Made by a program: the position numbers and the translations under genes
From: Patescibacteria group bacterium
Lineage (GTDB): Bacteria > Patescibacteriota > Patescibacteriia > UBA10025 > JAHIVO01
Length of the DNA stretch: 55,788 bases
Direction of reading: 5' to 3'
NCBI GenBank assembly: GCA_041666685.1
Contig: JBAYGJ010000002.1
Coordinates: forward strand, 1-55,788
Part shown: positions 35,389 to 44,587 of the stretch, piece by piece
Numbering within the stretch: the first letter of the stretch is position 1
Layout of the letters: every line of letters starts with the position of its first letter
The notes under the pieces: model-generated
The model's database searches: none
What the model was told of the DNA's origin: nothing
The model's input: the letters and a program-made list of their open reading frames with translations, nothing else

Positions 35389-35418
35389 TTGATTCGTTTC
35401 CTTACCACTTGCTGGTTG
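35389..35418 (-). promoter_or_regulatory. 5' strand of the 16S rRNA processing stem
   Basis: ttgattcgtttccttaccacttgctggttg is complementary to 33757-33787. It is a likely RNase III site, by analogy with other bacteria. Confidence 0.7.
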
Positions 35419-35625
35419 TTAAAAAGAAAACATTGTTAAGGTTCTCCTGCGGCAGCCGATAAAAAATCCCGGAACAGCCGGGAAACAAAATTCTTTTAAA
35501 AAATGGTTTTACCCAAATTATTTTGCTCCGTTAGGCTGGTTCCTTTCCTGATTTTATTGTAAACTTAGCGAAAAAATCGACCCTTCGTAGTTGTATACGT
35601 ATTGTATACTACTCAGCCCGCCCTG

Positions 35626-36273
35626 TCAAGCAGTGCCTTTTGCGCGATGAGTGCGCCATTTGGCGATTGCCTGGTGGTCCCCAGACAGCAGGATTTTGGG
35701 TACCGATTGGCCTTTAAATCTTTCCGGCCGGGTGAAATGCGGGTATTCCCGATATTTCAGTCCTTTGGAAAATGTTTCGTCTTTTGGAGAGTCGGCATGA
35801 CCCAACACGCCCGGCAGCAGTCTTGATATGGCATCGACGATGGTCATGGCCGGCAGTTCCCCGCCGGTCAGGACATATTTGCCGGTGCTAATTTCCGCGT
35901 CGATATATTTTTTTATCCGTTCGTCCACCCCTTCGTAATGTCCGCAGATCAGAATCAGTTGGTCAATCGCAGAATATTGTTTGGCTGTCAGTTGAGTAAA
36001 CATCTTCCCTTTCGCCGCCATGAGGAAGGTTTTGGAATGTTTTTTTCGCTTGATAGATTTCAGGCATCGGTAAAGCGGATCGATTTTCATGACCATGCCC
36101 GGGCCGCCGCCGTACGGACGGTCGTCGACAGTCCTGTGTTTGTCTGACGTAAAGTCGCGCAGGTTATGAATTTTTATAGTGATCAGCTTTTTATTCTGCG
36201 CACGTTTAATGATGCTCTCATTAAAGTAAGATTTAAATATTTCCGGGAAGATGGTGATGATGTCAAATTGCAT
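35626..36273 (-). CDS. trmD: tRNA (guanine37-N1)-methyltransferase
   Basis: MQFDIITIFPEIF.., DDRPYGGGPGMVM, ILICGHYEGVDERI, GDYVLTGGELPAM-like signatures. Confidence 0.93.
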   Translation of the reverse strand: MQFDIITIFPEIFKSYFNESIIKRAQNKKLITIKIHNLRDFTSDKHRTVDDRPYGGGPGMVMKIDPLYRCLKSIKRKKHSKTFLMAAKGKMFTQLTAKQYSAIDQLILICGHYEGVDERIKKYIDAEISTGKYVLTGGELPAMTIVDAISRLLPGVLGHADSPKDETFSKGLKYREYPHFTRPERFKGQSVPKILLSGDHQAIAKWRTHRAKGTA

Positions 36274-36282
36274 GAAATAAAT

Positions 36283-38274
36283 TTAGAGTATTTTATTCAA
36301 CCTCTCTAGTTTTGATTTTGTTTCAAGGCTCAGTACTTTGGTAGTAATATATTTTAATTTATTTCTGTCAAATTCATACTTTACCCATTTATTAGTAATA
36401 GCCTGTTCTCTGAATGGGATAAGTATTTCCCTGGTTATATCGATTAGATTGAACATCCATTTAGTTCTGGTTGGCGTTTCGTGGTATTTTGTTAATAACG
36501 TGGTTTTTACGTGTTCAATCAGATTAATGATTAATTCGACAGTTAGATCAATCGCGCCGGATTTCCAAAGCAATTTGTTTATCTCAATTTTATCTTTGGC
36601 GCCTAGTTTTTTGTTCAGAGATTGGTATAGATATTGTCTTTCATCTGGTGTTAAAACCTGAGAATAGAGAGCTACTAAATATGCGATATCGGTTTTTCCT
36701 TCAATAATATCAGAGTGAGACACGCCTTTCATCCCCTTGCTCATTCCGGTAACTTCCTCGACAATTACATAGTCACCCAAATCATTCCTGATCATTTGGA
36801 TAATCCCATAAAACATCCCGATTTTCGGCGCTATGTCATTAATTTCGTTAGCGTTTAAGATTTGCGCTTCTTTATTGCCAGCCCTCGCCGATAAATCTCC
36901 TATGGCTTCAAAGAATCCGCCGCAAATCCCATAGATCCGTTGAATGTAGAGGTCAATCACCTCGTCGAACTTTTTATTTTTTAATAATTTCTTTTTACTT
37001 ACGGAATTAAAAGTAAGTTGTAAATCAATGACTTGGCCGCGATACATCAAGAGATTACACTCATTCATAATTCCAGCCAATTTTTTTCCAATCGTCAAAT
37101 TTTCGGAAGCTATGATAAAAAAGTATTTTAAGGTGAGCAAATGGCCCAAAATTCCGGTGTAAATTGCATCACGGCGTGTAAATTTTTTCCAGACAGTTTC
37201 AAGCTTTTGCCGATAACTTGAATTATCGAAAACATCGTCAAGGGCGTACGTGTTCATCCAATTATATAATTCCACAACCACGCCGAGATCATAAGGAAAC
37301 GATATTGATTTAACAAATTTTTTTTCAAGAACTAAGTGATGGTTGACTAAATCATATAATTCAAAGAATAATTCTGGACGGACTTTTTTTACTCCATGGT
37401 GCCTGCCTTCAACTTTGGTAAAAGGCGGATTTATGGAATGCTCCAGACAATTAAGAATTTTTTCCGGTGATTCATCCCACGATTCAATTACGGCAGCAAT
37501 GCCGGAATCTATTTCTTTTTCTGTCAGTTTGTTCTTGAAGTATTTTGAAATGTTCCTCTCAACCTGACAAACCAAAAGCGAAACTTTGTCTGAATTAAAC
37601 TGAATTTTTTTCAGAATCTGCAATTCTTTGAGTATTTGCTTATCAGAAAGCTTATTAGTAAAGACCATTTTCCCCAGACTCTCTTTGTTAGCAATTTCTC
37701 GGGCCCTTTCGTCAACCTTATAATTGATAATTCCAGAACGTGAATAAATTGATCGATAATAGTCATCCAGGTATTCTGAAATCTTTGACTCAAATTGATT
37801 TTCATTTTGTGCAAATAGTACAGTTGTGTGCACAAATTTTTGATGATTTTTTACTATTTCCGCGACATTTTTATTGGCAGTAAGAATTGCGTTAATGCTA
37901 AAGCTAACCATCCATTGCGAGGCGTAGTAATCAACATGTTCTACGTCTTCGATAAGCATTATAACTGGTTTGCTTTTGGAAATCGCATATCCGCACTCCC
38001 AAGTGCTGTCTGTCCCCGTTGGAGAACCGTCTAGTGTTTTATATTTTTTCATATAAACAACCAGTGCGTCAGCATGATTGATAGCATCCAGGTCAAGACA
38101 AGCAATACCAATTGGTATAAACCGGTGATCATCTGGCGTATCTTGAGTCCCCGGTTCAAACAAGCCAATGCTTCTGTTGAAAAATCGTGAATATTTATTA
38201 CTAAAATATTCCCTCCAGAGTGTTATACCGCTGGCAAGGTAGAGATGATATTTGAATTGTTTTTCTTTCTGCAT
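36283..38274 (-). CDS. fusion protein: nucleoside 2-deoxyribosyltransferase-like N-domain plus polyprenyl-synthase-like (isoprenoid synthase fold) C-domain
   Basis: N-terminus: LYLASG.. and DALVVY..GTDSTWECGYAISKSKPVIML (NDT-family pattern). C-terminus: YALDDVFDNSSYRQ (DDxxD-type first Asp-rich motif), IIQMIRNDLGDY (degenerate second motif) and IIEGKTDIAYLVAL (GK.T lid). The gene is visibly more AT-rich than its neighbours. Confidence 0.5.
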   Translation of the reverse strand: MQKEKQFKYHLYLASGITLWREYFSNKYSRFFNRSIGLFEPGTQDTPDDHRFIPIGIACLDLDAINHADALVVYMKKYKTLDGSPTGTDSTWECGYAISKSKPVIMLIEDVEHVDYYASQWMVSFSINAILTANKNVAEIVKNHQKFVHTTVLFAQNENQFESKISEYLDDYYRSIYSRSGIINYKVDERAREIANKESLGKMVFTNKLSDKQILKELQILKKIQFNSDKVSLLVCQVERNISKYFKNKLTEKEIDSGIAAVIESWDESPEKILNCLEHSINPPFTKVEGRHHGVKKVRPELFFELYDLVNHHLVLEKKFVKSISFPYDLGVVVELYNWMNTYALDDVFDNSSYRQKLETVWKKFTRRDAIYTGILGHLLTLKYFFIIASENLTIGKKLAGIMNECNLLMYRGQVIDLQLTFNSVSKKKLLKNKKFDEVIDLYIQRIYGICGGFFEAIGDLSARAGNKEAQILNANEINDIAPKIGMFYGIIQMIRNDLGDYVIVEEVTGMSKGMKGVSHSDIIEGKTDIAYLVALYSQVLTPDERQYLYQSLNKKLGAKDKIEINKLLWKSGAIDLTVELIINLIEHVKTTLLTKYHETPTRTKWMFNLIDITREILIPFREQAITNKWVKYEFDRNKLKYITTKVLSLETKSKLERLNKIL

Positions 38275-38343
38275 ATCAGTAAATAGTATACCACATTCAA
38301 CAACAAAACCGCACTGATGTGCGGCTTTGCTTATAAAACTATT

Positions 38344-38670
38344 TTATATTTTCAGATCGTCAACCGCTGAGGTGTCTACCGCTTCGCTTGGTGCAGAGGC
38401 GCGAGGGCCTTTGCGGTAGCCTTCCGGTTCGTAGATCTTCAGGTTGACCCGAGCGTGGTTCTTTGCGCCGACTACCCGCAACAGCGTGCGGATGGCCTTG
38501 GCAGTCTGGCCCTGGCGGCCGATAACCTGGCCGAGATCGGCTGGGTTGACCTTGAGGGTAATCAGGACGCCCATTTCATCGACAGTCCGGTCGGACGAAA
38601 CGTCATCCGGCTTGTCGACGAGCGACTTCACCACGTACTCTACGAATTCCTGGTCGTGTTCTTTTGCCAT
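38344..38670 (-). CDS. KH-domain RNA-binding protein (YlqC/UPF0109 family)
   Basis: ..LKVNPADLGQVIGRQGQTAKAIRTLL.. (GXXG KH motif). Its position next to rpsP is typical. Confidence 0.85.
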   Translation of the reverse strand: MAKEHDQEFVEYVVKSLVDKPDDVSSDRTVDEMGVLITLKVNPADLGQVIGRQGQTAKAIRTLLRVVGAKNHARVNLKIYEPEGYRKGPRASAPSEAVDTSAVDDLKI

Positions 38671-38770
38671 ACAATTGTGGTTCTTCAGTTATTCTATTAA
38701 GGTGCCAGTACTGTCGACCTGATCAGAACTGGATTTCCTGCTGTTATGCTAACAATGATAAAGTGGTTTG

Positions 38771-40645
38771 TCAAATTGCGCTGCACTCAGTGACTGCCTG
38801 GACAGGCCAGGCGCAGCTCCATTTACCGAATTTGTTGATGTAGCACGTATCATTGACCCGGACGGCAAAGTTTTGCGTTGAGGTGTAGGTTTCGTGCTGC
38901 ACTGTGGCGGTAAAGGAATAATTTCCAGAGCTGAACTGGTTTGTCGGCCAGGCAAAAGTATTTTGTACTCCCGAACAGGTATTTGTCTGAAAAAACTTTG
39001 GAGAATTGACGCTATATTGAAATGGCAGATTCATCGGATTGGCGGCGATAAGTTTGACCGTGGCCGGGTACAATTCATTGACTACAATTGGGCTGATCGG
39101 CTGGAGGATGGGGACGGCAGAGACGGGCGAATAATCGTAATTAGTTATTTCGCCGGTAGAAAAATTATAGATCGGGCTGGAGGTATCGCAGATACTATTG
39201 CGATCAGTGTCGTCACAGCCATTGGCCGGGTTATTGTGCATGCTCCAGAAATTTCCGACACCATTTTCGTCATACTGATTGTTGGTTCCCATATCGTATG
39301 ACGGCTTGACGTATTCCGGGTCGCCGATGAAATTAATGTAGTTTTTTATAAACACGTTGTCATGTGTACCGGACTGGAAAGCTGTTCCCGTATAGACTGT
39401 CATGTAATTATTTTCTATACGGTTGTTGTGAGGATTATAGAAAATGCCATTGGTTGACCCGCTGCCTGATATGACGCCCCAATCTACGCCAGTATAGGTA
39501 TTATAGGAAACCGTATTATCATGGGAGTCATGCAAAAGGTTTATCCCGGGCCCCCAAAAATCAATGATTGTGTTGTGGTGAATCGTGTTAAATTTTGCCG
39601 CGCCGGTGTTTTTGAAATCGTCCGAATCTTTGTCGCCATCAAAGGTGACGCCAGCTCCAGTCCAGACTTCATGCGGGCCAATAATGGTATTGTTGTAGAT
39701 GTTGTTATAGGCCGACCCATGGTTGATCCAGATGGCATTGGGGGAGGCGGCGCTACTTGGGAATTTACCCAGTGTATTCCTATACACCTGGTTATAATTG
39801 GAATTGAACGCCAAGTTGATTCCGCCATTTGAGAAAAGCGTATTATCATGGATTCGGCTGTTTGATGCAAACTCCAAATCAATAGTCGGGAGCACGCTTT
39901 TATTGCCGGAGTTTTCCAGTCGGACATTATTATAGATCTCGCTATTAATGACAGAGCTGACTACCATGTCGATATAGGAACTTTGAGTGAAGGTGTTATT
40001 GAAGAGGGTTACTCGCATAGGCGGCTTCGGCGCGTGGTTAAATGAATCATACCCGCCTCCGACGTACATGCCGTACCCAAAACCACCGATGGTGCAGTTC
40101 TTGATGGTCAGGTTATCAGCACCTGTAGCAAAAATTCCGATTTTATTGTATGCGGGATTTGGCGCTGGGGCGCTGAAGTCGTAGTTACCAACCATGATGG
40201 AGCCGTTGCAGTCGAGCGTTACGTTCGCCGAGTAGATGCCGACAATAATATACGAAGTCGTTGTTCGGGTGTATGTCTTGTTGCACAACGTTAGAGTAAT
40301 GGGGGCGTCTGCAGGGTCATCGTAGATAAAGTATCCATTGGAAGATATATCAGGATCAATGCAGTCGGCCGGTTGGGCTGCAGCCATTGGTACGTTGATT
40401 CCGGGCTCGCTGTCCAGCAGAGCGGACGCCCGTAATGTATCCGATGGTGCCGCAGTCGGTAAGGCGGGATTTGTTTTTGGCAGTATGACTGGGAAATGGC
40501 GGGTAACTATCGGGGGGGTGATTGCCTCACTATCTGTACTGACTAAGAGGTACGGAACCGCTGCAGCCTGGGCTGATTGAGCAACCAAAATTCCCCCAAG
40601 GAGTAACATGGCGGACAATGAAACCGTGACTATTACGTTTTTCAT
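38771..40645 (-). CDS. secreted right-handed parallel beta-helix repeat protein (NosD/pectate-lyase-like)
   Basis: Signal peptide MKNVIVTVSLSAMLLLGGILVAQSAQAAA (ATG 40645). Repeated ..N.I..N.. turns (HDNTLFSNGGINL, YNNTIIGP, HHNTIIDFWGPGINL, HDNTVSYNTYTG), with a Cys-rich C-terminus. Confidence 0.65.
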   Translation of the reverse strand: MKNVIVTVSLSAMLLLGGILVAQSAQAAAVPYLLVSTDSEAITPPIVTRHFPVILPKTNPALPTAAPSDTLRASALLDSEPGINVPMAAAQPADCIDPDISSNGYFIYDDPADAPITLTLCNKTYTRTTTSYIIVGIYSANVTLDCNGSIMVGNYDFSAPAPNPAYNKIGIFATGADNLTIKNCTIGGFGYGMYVGGGYDSFNHAPKPPMRVTLFNNTFTQSSYIDMVVSSVINSEIYNNVRLENSGNKSVLPTIDLEFASNSRIHDNTLFSNGGINLAFNSNYNQVYRNTLGKFPSSAASPNAIWINHGSAYNNIYNNTIIGPHEVWTGAGVTFDGDKDSDDFKNTGAAKFNTIHHNTIIDFWGPGINLLHDSHDNTVSYNTYTGVDWGVISGSGSTNGIFYNPHNNRIENNYMTVYTGTAFQSGTHDNVFIKNYINFIGDPEYVKPSYDMGTNNQYDENGVGNFWSMHNNPANGCDDTDRNSICDTSSPIYNFSTGEITNYDYSPVSAVPILQPISPIVVNELYPATVKLIAANPMNLPFQYSVNSPKFFQTNTCSGVQNTFAWPTNQFSSGNYSFTATVQHETYTSTQNFAVRVNDTCYINKFGKWSCAWPVQAVTECSAI

Positions 40646-40772
40646 AAATGTATAGGTAATTAAATGCAAAAAATCCACTTAAGCATGAGTGGTGCTAAAG
40701 ATGACTAGGCCCCTTCAGTGAAACCTCTTATAAAGAAACACTGTTGATTAGGGAAATTTTTTTACTTTTTTG

Positions 40773-41177
40773 CTAGGCAGCTGGTTTAGCCTCGCCCGTT
40801 TCAGCTTTTGGCTGAGGCGTTTCTGGAACTGGTACCGGGACAGCCTCTGTTTTAGGCTCTACAGCTTTTGGGGCCGGTGCGGGCTCGGCAGATTTCGGAG
40901 CTTCTTCCTTCTTGCGGATGTTCGCCACCTTGATTTTCTCGCCAGTGATAAGTTTCTGGTCGATCAGCAGATTATGAACCACCCCGGAAGTGGAGGCACC
41001 CTTGGAAATCCAATGTTGGATACGCTCTTTTTTCAGCTCGACTTTATTGGTATGCGGGTCGTAGGTCCCGAGCAGTTCCAAATAGTCACCGACCGTGTCC
41101 TTGGCCTTTTCAGAAACGATGATCCGGAATACCGGATGTTTCTTTTTGCCGAATCTTGATAAACGAATAGTTAGCAT
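40773..41177 (-). CDS. rpsP: 30S ribosomal protein S16 with an Ala/Pro/Lys/Glu-rich C-terminal extension
   Basis: MLTIRLSRFGKKKHPVFRIIVSEKAKDT..GTYDP is the S16 core. About 50 extra residues follow (KKEEAPKSAEPAPAPK..). Confidence 0.93.
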   Translation of the reverse strand: MLTIRLSRFGKKKHPVFRIIVSEKAKDTVGDYLELLGTYDPHTNKVELKKERIQHWISKGASTSGVVHNLLIDQKLITGEKIKVANIRKKEEAPKSAEPAPAPKAVEPKTEAVPVPVPETPQPKAETGEAKPAA

Positions 41178-41277
41178 AGTATACGTATTTTAGGGTAAAA
41201 TCGTTTTTTCGTCAAGCCCCCCTCCCGGCAGACCCACATCCAACGATCATGGGCGCACTTCCATGGGGCAGAATAGG

Positions 41278-43977
41278 CTACCTGTTGACGACTTTTTCTG
41301 CCTCCGCCATGTCGATAGACAGGAGTTTGGATGCTCCGTCGTTGCTCATAGTTACGCCGTAGATAATGGTAGCTTTATTCATCGTGGCTCGGTTATGGGT
41401 GATAACGATGAATTGGGTTTTTTTAGACAGCCTTTCCACGATTGAAGCGAACCTGATGGAGTTGCTTTCGTCCAGTGCCGCATCCACTTCGTCCAAAATG
41501 ACGAACGGCGACGGATTATTATGGATGATGGCGCAGATCAGGGCGATGGATGTCAGGGCACGTTCCCCGCCGGAGAGCATGCTGATGCCACGGAGTTTTT
41601 TCCCGGGCGGAGTGGCGTGGATATCGATGCCAGTGATTATTTTTTCCACTTTTTTGGTATACAGGGGATTTTTTTTCTTTTCCTCTTCTGCGTCCTCGTT
41701 ATCATCTCCCTCTTCGTCCTCCTCTTCTTCTCCCATTTCTTCCAATTCCTCTTCAGGGCTTTTCGGCTCTTCTTTGACCAGCGACAGGCTGGCGTGGCCG
41801 CCATTGAAGAGAATCTTGAAGTATTCGCCGAACTGGGCGTTGATCTGTTCGAAAGCCTTGCCGAACTGTTCCTTGATCGTCTCATTCAGGTTGGCGATGG
41901 CTGATTCAAGGTCGGCCATGGCCTTGTTCAGGTCGGCGGTTTCAGTGGTCAGGAAGTCAAAACGTTCCTTGGTGGTTTTGTATTCCTCGGCAACCTGCGG
42001 GTCGATGCCGCCGATCAGTTCGATCTGTTTTTTCAGGTGCTGGATCTGCTCGAAGAGTTGCGGCTCCGGCGGGACGGCCGGACCGGCCTTCACTCTGGCA
42101 CGTTCATCGTCAGTGAGCTCGTCGGTCATTTCTTTGGCCAGGTCCTCCTGGTGCGTTTCGATTTTAGCAATGGAGATCTGGATGCCGTTCAGTTCCGCGG
42201 TGATGATATTCAGGGCCTGTTGTTTTTGGGAGAAGACGTTCTGTTGTTTGAACACCTCTTCTTTCTTCTTTTGCTCAGTCTGGTTGAAAGACGCAATCTG
42301 TTCGGTAATTTTTGACAGTTGAGCCTCGATCCCGTTGATTTTTTGGCTGATTTCCTTCTCATCATTGGCGATATCCCGTGATAATTCTGAGGCGGTTTTG
42401 GACGATGAGGCCCGGGTCAGGTCACGGGAAATTTTGGCCAATTCGTCCGTCAGGTTTGTTATTTGAGCGCGGTGCAGGGATTCTTTTTCCTGATGGACCT
42501 GGAGCTTGATTTTGATGGCATTGATTTCAGTTGCGATTGTTTCCTTGTGACCGAGCAGTTTGGCGATTTGGTCCTGCAGGCCGATGACTTCATGCGGGTC
42601 GCCGGAACCTGATTCGCGGAGTTTCTGGGCCAGATGGCGGAGTTGGCTGGTGATGGCCCGGGCCGTTGTTTTGATCGCGTGCAGCTCGTCCAGTGTCTGG
42701 GCCTGCTCGATTTTATTCAACAATTCCTGCTGTTCGGTAAAAAGTTGGTCAATGGATTTGGCTACCTCTGGAATGGTGACGGTTTTTCGGTTGGCCATCC
42801 GGCTGCGCGACGCCTGGAGGCTTTGGCTCAATGCCTGGATCTCGGAGGAGACGACCTGGAATGTTTTTTCCTTTTCGGCCAAATGGCTGGAGAATTTTTC
42901 CGCCTGTCCGGAATGTCCCGCGCTGGAGACGTCGAGTTCGCTGATGGACGCCTGCAATTGTTCCTTGCGGCGTTCGAGCCAGACCAGATCGTATTGGCCC
43001 TGCTGTTCGCGGCTGACGGCGATTTTGCCCTTGATGATGGCCTGGTCGCGCAGCAAGGAATTTTTTTCCGTTGACAGTTGGTTGTATTCGCGCTGGAGTT
43101 TGTCGTACTCTTCCTGCCGACTGGTGCCCAGGGCCAGCTCGTGCATATGAGCCTGGATAGTATCCAACTCCTTGGTAACCGTTTCGCGTTTCTTGTCGGT
43201 CTCGTGGAATTTTTTCTCTTCCACTTCATGTTGGGCGGCCAGGTCATGCCATTGGCCGGTGTAATAGGTATGCTGGACGTTTTTCAGTTCCGCCTGCACT
43301 TCCTCGCGTTTTTCCAGGCGGTGTACCTGGCGGGTCAGCGAGCGAAGCCTGGGCTCGATTTCCTGGATGAGCAGTTCGGCCTGGCTGAGGTTTTCTCGGG
43401 TCAGGTCGAGTTTATGCTCAGCCTGTTCTTTTTTGAGCTGGTACTGCCTGACGCCGGCCGCCTCGTCAAAAAATTCCTTCCGTTGGTTCGGCGTGGCGGC
43501 CAGGAACAGGTCGACCATGCCCTGGCTAATGATGCTGTAGGAGCGCTGGCCGAAATTCGATTTAGCCAAAAGCAGGAGGATGTCCTGGAGCCGGACCTTG
43601 TTCTTGTTGATGAAGTATTCGCCCTCCCCGTCCCGGTAGATTTTCCGGGTAATGATGATTTCACCGTAATCGATGGGCGCCTGGCGGTCCTCGTTATTCA
43701 GGTGCATGTCCACCTGGCAGAATCCGAGGCGGGATTTCTTGTCCGAGCCGGCAAAAATGACGTCCTCGGATTTCTTTCCGCGGAGGGTTTTCAGGCTCTG
43801 TTCGCCCAGGACCCAACGGACCGCGTCAGCGGTGTTGGACTTGCCGGAGCCGTTTGGGCCGACGATGGCCGTAATGCCCGGCTTGAATTCTAGGACGGAT
43901 TTGCTGGCAAATGATTTAAAGCCCTGGATGACGAGTTGTTGGAGATACATGGTGTCTTTGTGGGATTTTTTGGACAA
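41278..43977 (-). CDS. smc: chromosome segregation SMC protein (short, 899 aa)
   Basis: Walker A GPNGSGKSN, long coiled coils, signature LSGGERALT, Walker B FVILDEVDAALD. An acidic insert EEELEEMGEEEEDEEGDDNEDAEEE lies before the C-terminal head. Confidence 0.9.
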   Translation of the reverse strand: MSKKSHKDTMYLQQLVIQGFKSFASKSVLEFKPGITAIVGPNGSGKSNTADAVRWVLGEQSLKTLRGKKSEDVIFAGSDKKSRLGFCQVDMHLNNEDRQAPIDYGEIIITRKIYRDGEGEYFINKNKVRLQDILLLLAKSNFGQRSYSIISQGMVDLFLAATPNQRKEFFDEAAGVRQYQLKKEQAEHKLDLTRENLSQAELLIQEIEPRLRSLTRQVHRLEKREEVQAELKNVQHTYYTGQWHDLAAQHEVEEKKFHETDKKRETVTKELDTIQAHMHELALGTSRQEEYDKLQREYNQLSTEKNSLLRDQAIIKGKIAVSREQQGQYDLVWLERRKEQLQASISELDVSSAGHSGQAEKFSSHLAEKEKTFQVVSSEIQALSQSLQASRSRMANRKTVTIPEVAKSIDQLFTEQQELLNKIEQAQTLDELHAIKTTARAITSQLRHLAQKLRESGSGDPHEVIGLQDQIAKLLGHKETIATEINAIKIKLQVHQEKESLHRAQITNLTDELAKISRDLTRASSSKTASELSRDIANDEKEISQKINGIEAQLSKITEQIASFNQTEQKKKEEVFKQQNVFSQKQQALNIITAELNGIQISIAKIETHQEDLAKEMTDELTDDERARVKAGPAVPPEPQLFEQIQHLKKQIELIGGIDPQVAEEYKTTKERFDFLTTETADLNKAMADLESAIANLNETIKEQFGKAFEQINAQFGEYFKILFNGGHASLSLVKEEPKSPEEELEEMGEEEEDEEGDDNEDAEEEKKKNPLYTKKVEKIITGIDIHATPPGKKLRGISMLSGGERALTSIALICAIIHNNPSPFVILDEVDAALDESNSIRFASIVERLSKKTQFIVITHNRATMNKATIIYGVTMSNDGASKLLSIDMAEAEKVVNR

Positions 43978-44101
43978 ATGAAAGAGGCTTGAGGCCCTCT
44001 TGATGGGGATATTTTAACATGTTTTCGGGAAATTCCCAAATAAAAATCGGGCTCACACTAGTAGAATGTGGAGCCCGTAGCATTTCTGGTTTGAGATGTG
44101 T

Positions 44102-44449
44102 CTAAAGTGGCGCGTTCTGGCCAGTTTCTGGAGTGCCACCATTTTTTGTCATCAGGTATTTCTGGCGATATTTTTTACCCCCAATAAACCCGAAGACGAT
44201 GATACCGAAGACATAGGCGATGGCGCTGATTATCAGCATTGCTTTCCAGAACGGATCGTGTTCAGCCAAGTATCCTCCGAAAATGGATCTTAGTATGAGG
44301 ACGATACATGCTATGCCGAACAGCATCAGGATGAAAAGGTCCATCTTTTTGTCATTCCAGTGGTTATTGATCCATTGGAAACAACCAACCGGAAAACAGA
44401 TAGTATATCCCAGGGCTTTAAGGTTCTCTAGAAAACCTTGGATAGACAT
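44102..44449 (-). CDS. small integral membrane protein, function unknown
   Basis: 115-aa ORF with 3 predicted hydrophobic helices. Confidence 0.5.
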   Translation of the reverse strand: MSIQGFLENLKALGYTICFPVGCFQWINNHWNDKKMDLFILMLFGIACIVLILRSIFGGYLAEHDPFWKAMLIISAIAYVFGIIVFGFIGGKKYRQKYLMTKNGGTPETGQNAPL

Positions 44450-44552
44450 CCTATCCTCCTCGCTTTTGAAGGAACCATTATTAAATTACACAATCATATC
44501 GTCTTTTATTAGGTGCGTCAAGGGAAGTTAAAAACTTCCATAAACTTGTTAT

Positions 44553-44581
44553 TTGACGTCAGTTGTCCCTCCGTGTATCAT
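44553..44581 (+). promoter_or_regulatory. sigma-70-type promoter
   Basis: TTGACG (44553-58), a 17-nt spacer, then TATCAT (44576-81). Confidence 0.5.
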
Positions 44582-44587
44582 GGAGAT

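Noticed and set aside
35350-35625. A specific promoter call for the 16S rRNA gene
   Set aside because: The region is AT-rich with several weak -35/-10-like hexamers. None is close enough to consensus to single out by eye.
41366-42322. 318-aa plus-strand ORF, along with several other long plus-strand ORFs between 41521 and 43981
   Set aside because: They are antisense shadow ORFs inside the clearly homologous smc gene. The translations are Ser/Phe/Leu-rich low complexity with no motifs.
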